A stretch of 32,000 bases of DNA from Minicystis rosea (GTDB lineage Bacteria > Myxococcota_A > Polyangia > Polyangiales > Polyangiaceae): positions 9,438,377 to 9,470,376 of the forward strand of contig CP016211.1 in the NCBI GenBank assembly GCA_001931535.1, read 5' to 3'. Both the position numbers and the translations under genes were made by a program. Positions 7,958 through 17,017 of this stretch are shown one piece after another. A model generated the notes under the pieces. It did no database searches. It worked only from the letters and a program-made list of their open reading frames with translations, and was not told the origin of the DNA. Within the stretch, counting starts at the first letter, position 1. Each line of letters starts with the position of its first letter.

Positions 7958-9787
7958 TCAACCGATCTCGCAGGCGATCTCGGGGGTGAAATCCTGCTCC
8001 CCCGACGTGACCGTCACGCGCGTCTCGGCGCGCACCGCGCGGCGCGCGGTCTGCTCGATCACGCCCACCACCCAGAGCCTGAGCGGCTGCGCCACGGCCT
8101 CGAACTCGCCGATGTGCAGCGTCACCTTCCCCGACGACGCCACGCCCACGCGCCACGCCCCGAAGCTGAAGAGCCGCGCCCACGTCGAGATCCCGCGCCG
8201 GATCACCGAGCTCATGTCGACCGCCGGCCGCAGCAGCGTGCGCACCACGTTGTGCAGCTCGCCGTCCACCGCGAGGCGCCCCATCTCGCGCCAGCGCCCA
8301 GGATCGCGGACCAGCACGGCCGACGCGAGCTCCATGTACGCGTCGAGCGCTTCGAGATCGTAAGCCACGAGCGCGTTGATCGAGTCGTTGCGGAACTCCG
8401 CCGCCCACCGCTCCGGCATCTGCGCGACGAGCTCGGCGCGCGCCTCGGTGCCGAACAGATCGAGGATCACCTTGTCGACGCTGCGGAGCACCGGCCCGCG
8501 CACCTGATATTTCCCCGCGAAGCGGAGCGGGAAGGGGCGCACCTCCGGCCGGTTGCTGCGCGGCGCGCTCTCGCTCGCGTTGGCGAGCGGCGCGGGGCTG
8601 CGCAGCGTCTTCGGCAAGCCCGGCAGGTCGCCCACGGCGCTCACGCCGATCGACGAGCGCACTGCGCGCGGTGTCTCCGGAGCGCGCGGGGGCTCCGCCG
8701 TTCGCCCCGACGACACCGGCTTGCTCGGTAGACCCACGTCGCTCGGCTGCGTCGGCCGCACGCCGACGGGCGCCGCCCCGCGCCCCGCCGATTGCGTCGT
8801 CATCGCCGCGAGATCCGGCCGCTTCGTCCCCCCGCCGGATCGATCCGAGTCGTAGCCGCTCGAGCCCATCGCGAGCCGCTTCGCCACGCCGACGAGCTTC
8901 GCCAGCGCGAGCATGCGTCGCTGCGGATCGGGGCTCACCTTCTCGAGCTCGCGGATCACGTCGCCGGCGACCGCGAAGCGACGCGACGGCTCCTTCTGCA
9001 ACAAGCGATGCACGACGGCCTCGAGCCGCGTGTCCACGTGCACGCCCGACGCAGCGATCGAGGGCGCGTCGGCGTGGACCACCTTGAACGCGGTCGCCAC
9101 TGCGGTGGGCGCGCGGAACGGTCGCAACCCGGTGACCAGCTCGTAGACGAGCACGCCGACCGCGAAGAGATCGCTGCGCCCATCGAGCGGCCCCTCCCCC
9201 GTCGCTTGCTCGGGCGAGAGGTAATCGGGCGTGCCGAACACGACGCCCGTGCGCGTGCGCGGGCTCGGACCATTGGCGTCGAGGACCTTGGCGATGCCGA
9301 AATCGAGGAGCCGCACCACCACCTGGTTCCGCGCGGCGTCGTAGGCGATGAAGACGTTCTCGGGCTTGAGATCGCGATGGATGATGCCCACGCGGTGCGC
9401 CGCATCGAGCGCTTCGAGCACGGGGAGCGCGATGCCGACGGCCGCGTCGACGTCGAAGCGACCGGACCGCGTGAGCGCGGAGCCGACGGACTCTCCGTCG
9501 AGGTACTCCATCACGATGTACGGGCCCATTTCGCCCGTACCGGCGTCGATCACGTCCACCACGTTGGGGTGGCGGATCTTGTTCACCGCCTGCGCCTCTT
9601 GAAAGAAGCGCTGGGCCACCTCCATGTTCTGCGCGAGCTCGGGGTGGAGGAACTTGATCGCCACCGGCCGTCCGGCGTTCACATTCTCCGCGCGATACAC
9701 GTCGCCCATGCCGCCGCCGCCGATGCGTTCGGCGAGGCGGTATTTGTTGTCGACAAGAGCGCCGGGGCTCGGAGGGCGAATCGGCAT
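7958..9787 (-). CDS. Eukaryotic-like Ser/Thr protein kinase (609 aa) with a Pro/Ser/Arg-rich linker and a ~190-aa C-terminal domain resembling the myxobacterial DUF2378/TIGR02265 paralogous family
   Basis: The Hanks kinase motifs are complete: GGGGMGDVY, VAIK, HRDLKPEN, DFG, GTPDYLSPE. The start is taken at ATG 9787 (the track begins one codon earlier at TTG). The C-terminal domain call is from memory of the family's general pattern only. Confidence 0.9.
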   Translation of the reverse strand: MPIRPPSPGALVDNKYRLAERIGGGGMGDVYRAENVNAGRPVAIKFLHPELAQNMEVAQRFFQEAQAVNKIRHPNVVDVIDAGTGEMGPYIVMEYLDGESVGSALTRSGRFDVDAAVGIALPVLEALDAAHRVGIIHRDLKPENVFIAYDAARNQVVVRLLDFGIAKVLDANGPSPRTRTGVVFGTPDYLSPEQATGEGPLDGRSDLFAVGVLVYELVTGLRPFRAPTAVATAFKVVHADAPSIAASGVHVDTRLEAVVHRLLQKEPSRRFAVAGDVIRELEKVSPDPQRRMLALAKLVGVAKRLAMGSSGYDSDRSGGGTKRPDLAAMTTQSAGRGAAPVGVRPTQPSDVGLPSKPVSSGRTAEPPRAPETPRAVRSSIGVSAVGDLPGLPKTLRSPAPLANASESAPRSNRPEVRPFPLRFAGKYQVRGPVLRSVDKVILDLFGTEARAELVAQMPERWAAEFRNDSINALVAYDLEALDAYMELASAVLVRDPGRWREMGRLAVDGELHNVVRTLLRPAVDMSSVIRRGISTWARLFSFGAWRVGVASSGKVTLHIGEFEAVAQPLRLWVVGVIEQTARRAVRAETRVTVTSGEQDFTPEIACEIG

Positions 9788-9845
9788 CAAACGCGTGTGC
9801 GAACGGTCCGCATGACCGGTCGATATGGTCCAGAGTTCCCGCGCT

Positions 9846-9879
9846 GAAGTAAAGCCCCGTCGCCGCGAGGTGCGGGCTT
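9846..9879 (-). terminator. Possible intrinsic terminator after the HAD gene
   Basis: The minus-strand RNA is AAGCCCG-CACCUCGCGGCGA-CGGGGCUU followed by UACUU. The stem overlaps the TAA stop. The U-tract is weak. Confidence 0.3.
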
Positions 9880-10690
9880 ATGCGTCGGACGCCCGGAGCG
9901 CGGCGAGCCGGCTCGCAATTTCGGCGAAGCCTCGCCCCATGGAACTGTGCGCGACGTAACGAGGTGGCACCGTCAGCCCACGCACGTGGAGGCGCACGTT
10001 GGCCACGCCGAACGTCAGTCGAAACGCCGCGAACGCAGCGGCGTCGTTCGCGCTGTCTCCCACGAATCCCCAACGCGATCGCGCATTCGTTGCGTCCTCG
10101 CCGAAGCGCTCGACGAGCAGCCGAATGGTCCCCGTCGCCTTGTCGTCGGCCTCGTGGGTGAGGTGCAGATGAATGCTCGACGTGAACGTGCGCACGCCGC
10201 GCTCGCGGGCGAGATCGCGGATGGCGCGGACCTCGTCGGCCGGGACGCGGCGGTGCTCGCCGATGTCGAGCGTGACGTCGGCGCGACGCGCGTCGTTGTC
10301 ATCGGCCAGCGCCGCCTTCGGAAAGCGGCCCACGATCTCGTCCGCCAACCGCAACAGCTCGCTCCGCCGCGCTTGCCGCTCGGTCCTCCCGAGCGGATCG
10401 AGCGACACCACTTGCCGTACTCCGCCCGCGCCTCGCTCGGCGATGAACGCGACCGCTCCATTCTCGGTCACCGCGGCGTCGATCGGCCATTGCCGCTCCA
10501 CGACCTCGCCCCATCCCGCCGGCCGCCCCGTGCACGCCACGAGCCGGAGCCCCGCGGCGCGCAGTCGAAACAGCGCGCCGTACGCTTCCTCCGTGAGCTC
10601 GCCGTGATCGAGCAGCGTGTCGTCCAGATCGAAGACCAGGCCTACGAGGCGCCGCGCTTCGCTCGCGGTGAGCGCGTCGATCGACCTCAC
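9878..10690 (-). CDS. HAD-IIB (Cof/sucrose-phosphatase-like) family phosphatase (270 aa)
   Basis: HAD motifs are present: motif I FDLDDTLL, motif II CTGRP and motif IV GDSANDAAAF. The start is set at GTG 10690, which overlaps the rlmI stop (GTGA). The longer track ORF upstream of it is Arg-rich and overlaps rlmI. Confidence 0.85.
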   Translation of the reverse strand: MRSIDALTASEARRLVGLVFDLDDTLLDHGELTEEAYGALFRLRAAGLRLVACTGRPAGWGEVVERQWPIDAAVTENGAVAFIAERGAGGVRQVVSLDPLGRTERQARRSELLRLADEIVGRFPKAALADDNDARRADVTLDIGEHRRVPADEVRAIRDLARERGVRTFTSSIHLHLTHEADDKATGTIRLLVERFGEDATNARSRWGFVGDSANDAAAFAAFRLTFGVANVRLHVRGLTVPPRYVAHSSMGRGFAEIASRLAALRASDA

Positions 10691-11892
10691 GCCGAGAGCG
10701 CCTCCATCCGCGCGATCACGCTCTTCAAGTAGAGCCCCTCGGGGAAGGCCGCGAGCACCGGGTGATCGCCGCCTTGGAAATGTCGATCGAACACCGTCGC
10801 CTGCATGCGCGCATCGCGGGCGCCGAGCGCGAGCGCGCGCGTGAGATCGTCGAGCGTGATGGCGCTCGAGCACGAGCAGAACACCAAGATCCCGCCCGGC
10901 TTCGTGGCCCGACAGGCCGCCGACGCGAGGCTCTTGTACGCGCCGAGCGCTCCCTCCTTCACCGATCGCGAAGGCGCGAGCTTGGGCGGATCACAGATCA
11001 CGAGATCGTACCCACCCTGCCGCGACGCCTGCTGAAAGGCCTGCCGCGCGTCCTCGCGCACGAAGCGCACGCGCCCTTCGAGGCCGTTCATCTTCGCGCA
11101 CTCGGCGCCCACCTCGATCGCGATGGCGCTCTCGTCGACCGCGACCACCTCGGCCGCGCCGCCGCGCGCCGCGCCCAGCGAGAACGTGCCCACGAACGCG
11201 AACGCATCGAGCACCCGCTTGCCACGCGCGAGCTGCTCGACCCGCGCGCGCAGCGCTCGTTGATCCAAGTAGAAGCCGGTCTTCTGCCCCAGCGTGAGCG
11301 GGATCGCGTAGCGCAGCCCGCGCTCGACGAAGCGCAGCTCGTCCACGTTGACGTCGCCGCGCACCACACCGGCGCCGGGCTCGAAGCCCTCCAGCTTGGC
11401 GATGTTCTGCGGCGTCCGATCGATGATGGCCCGCGGTCCGAGCGCAGCATTCAAGGCATCGAAGACGACGCCTTCGCGCATCTTCAAGCCGATGGTGTTG
11501 AGCTGCACCGAGAGCACGTCGCCGAACACGTCGACCGTGAGCGACGGCAGCGCATCACCCTCTGCGTGCACGAGCCGATAGGCATCGGTCTCGTGACCCG
11601 GCGTCGCGTTGGGCAGCCCGAGCTCGCGACGATGCGCGATCGCCCGCTCGATCCGCCGTCGAATGAGCGCCGCATCGATGGGCGCGTCCTCTCTCGTGAA
11701 CATCCGCACGGGGATGGCCGACCGCGGGGTGTAGAGCCCCCGCCCGAGCACGTTGCCGGTCGGGTCGACGACTCGCACCTCGTCTCCTGCGACGGCGCCG
11801 CCCTCGATGCGCGCAATTGCCTGAGCAAAAATCCATGGATGCCCGGACCAGACGGGGCGAACGTGGCCGGGTTTGAGGGTGACGGTGGGCAT
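10687..11892 (-). CDS. rlmI: Class I SAM-dependent 23S rRNA m5C methyltransferase, RlmI-like (PUA-like N-terminus plus MTase)
   Basis: 401 aa. The N-terminus is GHPWIF...VRVVDPTGNVLGRGLY (PUA/EVE-like). The MTase fold has VLDAFAFVGTFS, ICDPPKLA and the catalytic-Cys region LVFCSCS. ATG at 11892. Confidence 0.85.
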   Translation of the reverse strand: MPTVTLKPGHVRPVWSGHPWIFAQAIARIEGGAVAGDEVRVVDPTGNVLGRGLYTPRSAIPVRMFTREDAPIDAALIRRRIERAIAHRRELGLPNATPGHETDAYRLVHAEGDALPSLTVDVFGDVLSVQLNTIGLKMREGVVFDALNAALGPRAIIDRTPQNIAKLEGFEPGAGVVRGDVNVDELRFVERGLRYAIPLTLGQKTGFYLDQRALRARVEQLARGKRVLDAFAFVGTFSLGAARGGAAEVVAVDESAIAIEVGAECAKMNGLEGRVRFVREDARQAFQQASRQGGYDLVICDPPKLAPSRSVKEGALGAYKSLASAACRATKPGGILVFCSCSSAITLDDLTRALALGARDARMQATVFDRHFQGGDHPVLAAFPEGLYLKSVIARMEALSA

Positions 11893-12121
11893 GGCTACGA
11901 AATCCGGGGCGAGATCGACCGCGGAACCATATCCCGCGGCCCTTGGTTTCGAGTAATCTTCTGGCTTGCGAGTTCGCCGCGTGTGAACCTGGCGTTACAC
12001 GATCGTCGTGGCGAGTGATGCACGAACCGACCTTCAAAGGCGGTCCCTCTCGCTCTTCACGACTCCTGGCGAATGGCATCTTGGTTGCTACTCTCCAGAG
12101 CTTCGAACGAGGAGTCGCCCG

Positions 12122-13090
12122 ATGCGCCGTTGCTTGACCCAGGTGGTTGTCGCCGCTGCAGCAATGAGCTTGTCCGTGCCTGCGCTCGCACAGAACAAGC
12201 CGGGTTGTCCTCCGGGCAGCTGGTTCTGTGCAGAGGCGGACGTGAACGTGACCCCGCCTCCGGCCGTTGCGCCGCCGGAGCGCCAACGACCGCAGGTCGC
12301 ACCGCCTGCCGAGGAGGAAGAGCCGATCGCCCCCGCGCCCGAGCCCGTGGCTCCTCCGGCGCGCCGTGCGCATCGAGCCGTGCCGCAGGGCGCGCCTCCG
12401 CCGGTGGTGGTCTACCAGCAGGTGCCTGCGCCTCCCCCGCAGGTGATCATCATCACGCCGGGCTACGGCGGTGGTTATGCGCCGGGCCGTCCGGTGCGCC
12501 CCGTGCCGCCTCCGCCCGTCGCGCGGAAGCCGCGCTGGCAGAGTGAGGTCGGCCTCAACCTGCGCGTCGAAGGTCTCGCGATCGGCCAAGCACGCGGCGC
12601 GGCGAGCACCGCGGGCATGGGCGGCGTCGGCTTGAGCCTTCGCTATCGTCCCATCCCGCACTTCGCCTTCGACCTGGGCGTCGATGTGCTCGCGGGCAAC
12701 GACTACAACGGCTTCCAGCGCGTCGAGGTGCCGGTCGCGCTGAACGGCATGCTCTACCTCAACCCGCGCAGCCGCGTGCAGGTCTACCTCATGGGCGGCG
12801 CGCACATCTCGCGCGCGCAGGTCCGCTCCGAGTTCGCGGCGCCGCAGCTCCGCGAGACGGATGACGGCCGCCAGTACGGCGCCAACTACACCTACTTCGG
12901 CGGCCAGGGCGGCGGCGGCCTCGAGTTCCGCCTCTCGCGTCGCGTGGCGCTCAACCTCGACGCGCTCGGCTTCGTGCGCAAGCGCATCGACGACGGCAAG
13001 ACGCCCGAGTTCATCGACTACCAGTCCGGCCGCACCACCAACACGTCGGGCGGCGCGCTCATCCGCGGCGGCCTCACCTTCTGGTGGTAG
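12122..13090 (+). CDS. Outer-membrane beta-barrel protein (OmpA-N/OMP_b-brl-like) with a Pro-rich N-terminal linker (322 aa)
   Basis: ATG at 12122 follows GAGGAG. The signal peptide is MRRCLTQVVVAAAAMSLSVPALAQ. The Pro/Ala/Val-rich segment is followed by alternating hydrophobic beta-strand patterns and an aromatic C-terminus, GGLTFWW. Confidence 0.75.
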   Translation: MRRCLTQVVVAAAAMSLSVPALAQNKPGCPPGSWFCAEADVNVTPPPAVAPPERQRPQVAPPAEEEEPIAPAPEPVAPPARRAHRAVPQGAPPPVVVYQQVPAPPPQVIIITPGYGGGYAPGRPVRPVPPPPVARKPRWQSEVGLNLRVEGLAIGQARGAASTAGMGGVGLSLRYRPIPHFAFDLGVDVLAGNDYNGFQRVEVPVALNGMLYLNPRSRVQVYLMGGAHISRAQVRSEFAAPQLRETDDGRQYGANYTYFGGQGGGGLEFRLSRRVALNLDALGFVRKRIDDGKTPEFIDYQSGRTTNTSGGALIRGGLTFWW

Positions 13091-13154
13091 CCACCGCTCG
13101 CTAGGCTCCGTCGACGACATCGTCGGAACCTAGCCCAGTCATCGCTCGATCGTC

Positions 13155-13196
13155 GGGCGCCGCGGCTCGCAAGGCCTCGGCGCCCGCATCGTTTTG
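13155..13196 (+). terminator. Possible terminator of the OMP gene
   Basis: GGGCGCCG (13155-13162) pairs with CGGCGCCC (13178-13185) across a 15-nt loop, followed by GCATCGTTTTG. The loop is large, so support is modest. Confidence 0.35.
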
Positions 13197-14900
13197 TCCA
13201 CGAGCGTGCGCCGCGCGATGCTCGCGGTACTGCGCGCTCGCTTCTTCGAGTACACCTCCGCCGTGGAGTCCCTTCGCCGCCATCGTGCGTTGCTCCTCGC
13301 CGTCGTGGGGGGCGTCGCCTTCGCGCTCACCTCGCCGCCGACCGACCTCTACCCCGCCGTCATCATCGGCCTCGCGCTCCTCGCAGCCTCCCTCGGCAGC
13401 GGTGATGGCCGAGCACCGCTCCCGCCCGATCGCTGGCCCGAATCGCCGACCTTCCTCCGCGCCTTCGGCCGCGGTGCCGCGTGGGGGACGGCCGCCGGCC
13501 TCATCGGTCTTCGCTTCGTCCCGGCCGTGATTCAGCGCTTCACGCCGCTCGGCGCGCCGGTCTCGTTCCTCGCGCTCTTCCTCCTCGCTGCGGCCCAGTC
13601 CCTCATTTGGGCCATCGGCGCCGGCGTCACCGCCGTCTTGCACCGCCGCGCGCGTGTCCCCTTCGAGCTCGCCTTCGGCGCCGGCGTCCTCGTTTCGCTG
13701 TGCATCCCGACCATCTTCGCGTGGAGCCCAGCTGGGCTCGTCAGCCCGTGGCCGGCGTTCGTTCAGCTCGCCGACGTCATCGGTGAGCGCGGCGTCTCCG
13801 TGCTCTTCGCCATCGGCGCGGCCCTCTTCGCGCGCGCGGCCCACATTGCTTTGAGCTCAAACCATCGGCGCGCGCTGCGCCCGGCGCTCGCCGCGATCGC
13901 CCTCTTCACGGTGCTCCCCATTCACGGCGCGCTGCGCATGGCGGCGATCGCGCGCGACGGCGCCGCGCTCCCCACGTTGCGCGTCGGCCTCGTCGATCAC
14001 GCGGTGAAGCCACTCGATCGGTGGAACCATGCGCACCACCCCGCGATCGTCCGCACCCTGCGCGGCCTCACGCGCACGCTGGAGGCGCAGGGCGCCGAGC
14101 TCGTCGTGTGGCCCGAGGCCGCTTACCCGTATCCGATCGCGCACGACGCGCGCACCGCGCCGGACGGCCCGAACGCCATCATCGGGCACGGCGTCCGCGG
14201 GCCCGTGATCGCGGGGCTCATCACCGAAGATGCACCCGTCGTCGCCGACGACGGCACGGTCGTGCGCAGCTTCTACAACTCGGCCACGCTCGTCTCGCCG
14301 GATGGATCGACGCAGCCTCCATACGACAAGCTCGAGCTCCTCTGGTTTGGAGAGACGGTGCCCGGATCGGCCTACATTCCGTGGCTGCGGCGCACGTTTC
14401 AGCGGAGCGGCGGCCTCGTCCCCGGCGATGCGCCGCGTGCGCTCGAGCTGTCGCCTCCGCCGGCCGGTGGCCCGCACGTGCGGATGGCCGTCCTCAACTG
14501 CTATGAGGACACGCTGCCTGGTCTCGGGCGCCGTCTCGCGAACGCGCTCGCGCCGAGCCTGCTCGTCAACGTGACCAACGATGCTTGGTTCTACGCCACC
14601 GCCGAGCCCGAGCTGCACGCGCGTCTCGGCGCCATGCGCGCCGTCGAGCTCCGTCGCGATCTCGTGCGCGCGGTGAACCTCGGCGTGACCTCGTGGATCG
14701 ATGCCGCCGGCGTCGTCCGCGCCCGCTACGAAGAGCAGAAGCCCGGCTCGCTCCTCGTCACGCCGACGATCCGCGAAGGCGCACCGACGCTCTACGCGCG
14801 CTTCGGTGACGTGCCTCTCTTCGTCCTGCTCGCGGCCGCGTCGATCGCGTTCGCGGTCCGCGCGCGGCGGGCCGCGCCGATCGCCGAAGCGAAATCGTGA
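13194..14900 (+). CDS. lnt: Apolipoprotein N-acyltransferase
   Basis: A multi-helix N-terminal membrane domain is followed by a CN-hydrolase domain with VWPEAAYP (Glu) and VLNCYED (Cys) motifs. The start is ambiguous: TTG 13194, GTG 13206 or ATG 13218. Confidence 0.88.
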   Translation: MSTSVRRAMLAVLRARFFEYTSAVESLRRHRALLLAVVGGVAFALTSPPTDLYPAVIIGLALLAASLGSGDGRAPLPPDRWPESPTFLRAFGRGAAWGTAAGLIGLRFVPAVIQRFTPLGAPVSFLALFLLAAAQSLIWAIGAGVTAVLHRRARVPFELAFGAGVLVSLCIPTIFAWSPAGLVSPWPAFVQLADVIGERGVSVLFAIGAALFARAAHIALSSNHRRALRPALAAIALFTVLPIHGALRMAAIARDGAALPTLRVGLVDHAVKPLDRWNHAHHPAIVRTLRGLTRTLEAQGAELVVWPEAAYPYPIAHDARTAPDGPNAIIGHGVRGPVIAGLITEDAPVVADDGTVVRSFYNSATLVSPDGSTQPPYDKLELLWFGETVPGSAYIPWLRRTFQRSGGLVPGDAPRALELSPPPAGGPHVRMAVLNCYEDTLPGLGRRLANALAPSLLVNVTNDAWFYATAEPELHARLGAMRAVELRRDLVRAVNLGVTSWIDAAGVVRARYEEQKPGSLLVTPTIREGAPTLYARFGDVPLFVLLAAASIAFAVRARRAAPIAEAKS

Positions 14901-14971
14901 TGACGTCGTTCACGCACCGAGCGACGTCATCGTCGCGATCGCTCGGCGGGCACGGCGCTCATCGATCGAAA

Positions 14972-15029
14972 CCGAAATGACAAAAGACACTAGCCACGAA
15001 GCGCCTCGCGGCGTCCTCGTGGCAGTGTC
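14972..15029 (-). terminator. Rho-independent terminator of the HU gene
   Basis: In the minus-strand RNA, GACACUGCCACGA...UCGUGGC(U)AGUGUC forms 13 bp plus an apical extension (14986-15029). It is followed by UUUUGUCAUUUCGGUUUCG. Confidence 0.6.
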
Positions 15030-15057
15030 TCGAGCCTCTGCGAAGAGGGCTTCTTGC

Positions 15058-15390
15058 TCAGCTCTTCGCTTCGCCGGGGGCGAGCATGTCCTTGAGCGCC
15101 TTCACGGGCGTCGCGCGCACCTTGAGGCTCGCGGGCTTGCCCTTGATGAGCGCCGGCTGCTTGGTGAACGGGTTCACGCCCTGACGATCGGCGGTCGCCG
15201 GCGTCGCCTTCGCCTTGAGCTTCACCAGGTTGGGGACGGTGATCTCGCCGGGCCCCTGCGGGCCGAGCTCCTTCTTGATCAAGCTCGCGAGCGCGTCGAG
15301 AAGGCCGTTCACGGCCTTCTTGTCGAGCCCCGAACCCTCGGCAAGCGCCGCGATGATCTGCGCCTTGGTGAGCTTGTTCGAACCAGCCAT
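15058..15390 (-). CDS. hup: HU/IHF-family histone-like DNA-binding protein (110 aa)
   Basis: ATG at 15390 (MAGSNKLTKAQIIAALAE...). The arm region RQGVNPFTKQPALIKGKPASLKV and the C-terminal LKD fit the HU fold pattern. Confidence 0.9.
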   Translation of the reverse strand: MAGSNKLTKAQIIAALAEGSGLDKKAVNGLLDALASLIKKELGPQGPGEITVPNLVKLKAKATPATADRQGVNPFTKQPALIKGKPASLKVRATPVKALKDMLAPGEAKS

Positions 15391-15444
15391 CCTGACCTTC
15401 CTGTCGAAAGAGGGCGCCCTCCATAACAAGCGAGGGCGGGCCTT

Positions 15445-15939
15445 TCAAGGGGTTTTCCTTTGCTGAGAGCGCCCGCGGACCGCGCGGGCGGGTGCGCGTA
15501 CGATGGCGGCAGCCTCGAGATCACGTGTCCGCGCCGTCATCTCGCGCTCCTCTTCGTCGGTCTGGTGATCGTAGCCGAGGAGGTGCAAAAGCCCGTGCGC
15601 GAGCAGCATCGTGAGCTCTTCGAGGAGCGTGCGCTTGTGCTTCTTCGCCTGCTTCCGCGCCGTGTCGATGGAGAGGATCACGTCACCGAGCAGCCCCACG
15701 GGTTTGTCGGGCACCGGCTCCTGCAACGGGAACGCGAGCACGTCCGTCGGCTTGTCCTTCTTCCGGTAATCCCGGTTCAGCTCGTGGATGGTGGTGTCGT
15801 CCACGAGCGCGACGGAGAGCTCCACCGCGGAGAGGCGGCGGTGGCGCAGCATCTTCTCCGCGCGACGGCGGATCACGGCGGCGGACACGTCCGAGAAGGG
15901 ACCGCCCTTCGTGGTGATCTTGACGATGGAGGTCTTCAC
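15445..15939 (-). CDS. ybeY: rRNA maturation endoribonuclease YbeY (164 aa)
   Basis: Zinc motif [11 protein letters not shown], plus DVLAFP and GDVILS. The start is taken at GTG 15939, overlapping the tal stop (GTGA). The 415-aa track ORF is an out-of-frame run across tal. Confidence 0.88.
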   Translation of the reverse strand: MKTSIVKITTKGGPFSDVSAAVIRRRAEKMLRHRRLSAVELSVALVDDTTIHELNRDYRKKDKPTDVLAFPLQEPVPDKPVGLLGDVILSIDTARKQAKKHKRTLLEELTMLLAHGLLHLLGYDHQTDEEEREMTARTRDLEAAAIVRAPARAVRGRSQQRKTP

Positions 15940-16586
15940 TTCGCGGCCGGAATCTTCTTCGCGTCCGCGAGGAACTGCGCGAGGCCCACGTCGGTGAGCG
16001 GGTGCTTCACGAGCTGTTTGATCACTTTGAGGGGCATCGTCGCTGCGTCCGATCCGATGAGCGCCGCTTGCACCACGTGCAGCGGGTTCCTGATGCTCGC
16101 GGTGAGCACCTGCGTCTTGAAGCCGTAGTTGCGATAGATGGTGACGATCTGTTGAACCAGCTCCATCCCCTCGCCGGACGCGTCGTCGACGCGGCCCACG
16201 AAGGGAGAGATGAACGTCGCGCCGGCCTTGGCCGCGAGCAACGCCTGCGATGCCGAGAAGCAGAGCGTGACGTTGGTGCGGATGCCTTCGGCGGCGAAGA
16301 TCTTGGCGGCCTTGAGGCCATCGTCGATGAGCGGGACCTTCACCACCACGTTCTTGTGAATCTTGGCGAGGTCGCGTCCCTCGCGGAGGATCTCGTCCTT
16401 CGTCGTGGCGATCACTTCGGCGGAGATGGGGCCGTCGACGATCTCGCAGATCTCGGCGATCGCCGCGCGCGTCGGCCGGCCGCCTTTGGCCAAGAGCGAC
16501 GGGTTGGTGGTGACGCCGTCGATCGCACCCATTGCCTCCGCTTCCTTGATCTCCGCGATGTCTCCCGAGTCGATGAAGATCTTCAT
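15936..16586 (-). CDS. tal: Transaldolase type 3B / fructose-6-phosphate aldolase family (216 aa)
   Basis: [22 protein letters not shown] (Schiff-base Lys), ISPFVGR. ATG at 16586 is preceded by GGAG. Confidence 0.92.
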   Translation of the reverse strand: MKIFIDSGDIAEIKEAEAMGAIDGVTTNPSLLAKGGRPTRAAIAEICEIVDGPISAEVIATTKDEILREGRDLAKIHKNVVVKVPLIDDGLKAAKIFAAEGIRTNVTLCFSASQALLAAKAGATFISPFVGRVDDASGEGMELVQQIVTIYRNYGFKTQVLTASIRNPLHVVQAALIGSDAATMPLKVIKQLVKHPLTDVGLAQFLADAKKIPAAK

Positions 16587-17017
16587 GGCGGTTTCTCCGG
16601 GGATCTGCGCGGGCTCTTAGTACACCTCGGGGAGAGCGAGTAGGGCGGTGCGTGATGTGTCGCGATCGCCCGGTCGCGCTCGCTCGTAGCATTCGCGCTC
16701 ATGTCTGCTCGTGCGGCGCGGCAACGGCGCGGCGGGCTGCGCGGTTCCGTAACGGACACGCGCGACGGACGGTGCATGCGGTGCCCGCCCGACAGCCGCG
16801 CGAGGCGGCACACGAGGTGCAGAGCCTCCGTTTTGAGGCCGGACGCTCCCGGTCGCGACGGAGCCCACGAGGCGACCCATCGCGAGACGCTCGCTCGCAC
16901 GGCGCGCGAGGCGGCCTCGGCTCGCGCATCAGACTGCTTCCCGACTGCAGACGAATCCAGCAGCGAGCCTCCCACGAGACGCTAGAATTGTAATCTACAT
17001 CACATACTGGGGGACCC

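Noticed and set aside
7815-10073. 752-aa minus-strand ORF spanning the kinase and HAD genes
   Set aside because: It is an out-of-frame run through two real genes with Arg/Gly/Ala-dominated composition. The in-frame kinase (7958..9787) shows all Hanks motifs.
11893-12121. Sigma-54 promoter-like TGGC...TTCGC upstream of the OMP gene
   Set aside because: The -12 element reads TTCGC rather than TTGC at the required spacing, so it does not match the GG-N10-GC rule.
15940-16692. Long N-terminal extension of ybeY (415-aa track ORF)
   Set aside because: The extension is another frame of the tal gene region and is Arg-rich. YbeY proteins are ~150-165 aa, and the GTG at 15939 gives that size with a coupled start.
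16981-17017. AT-rich patch (CTAGAATTGTAATCTACATCACATACTGG) just upstream of the sigma gene as a promoter
   Set aside because: TAGAAT is a good -10-like hexamer, but I find no acceptable -35 element at 16-18 nt and no extended -10 TG. The TTGTAA / CATACT pairing has only a 9-nt spacer. It may still be a promoter for an alternative sigma factor, or part of a thermosensing leader, but I cannot support either from the sequence.
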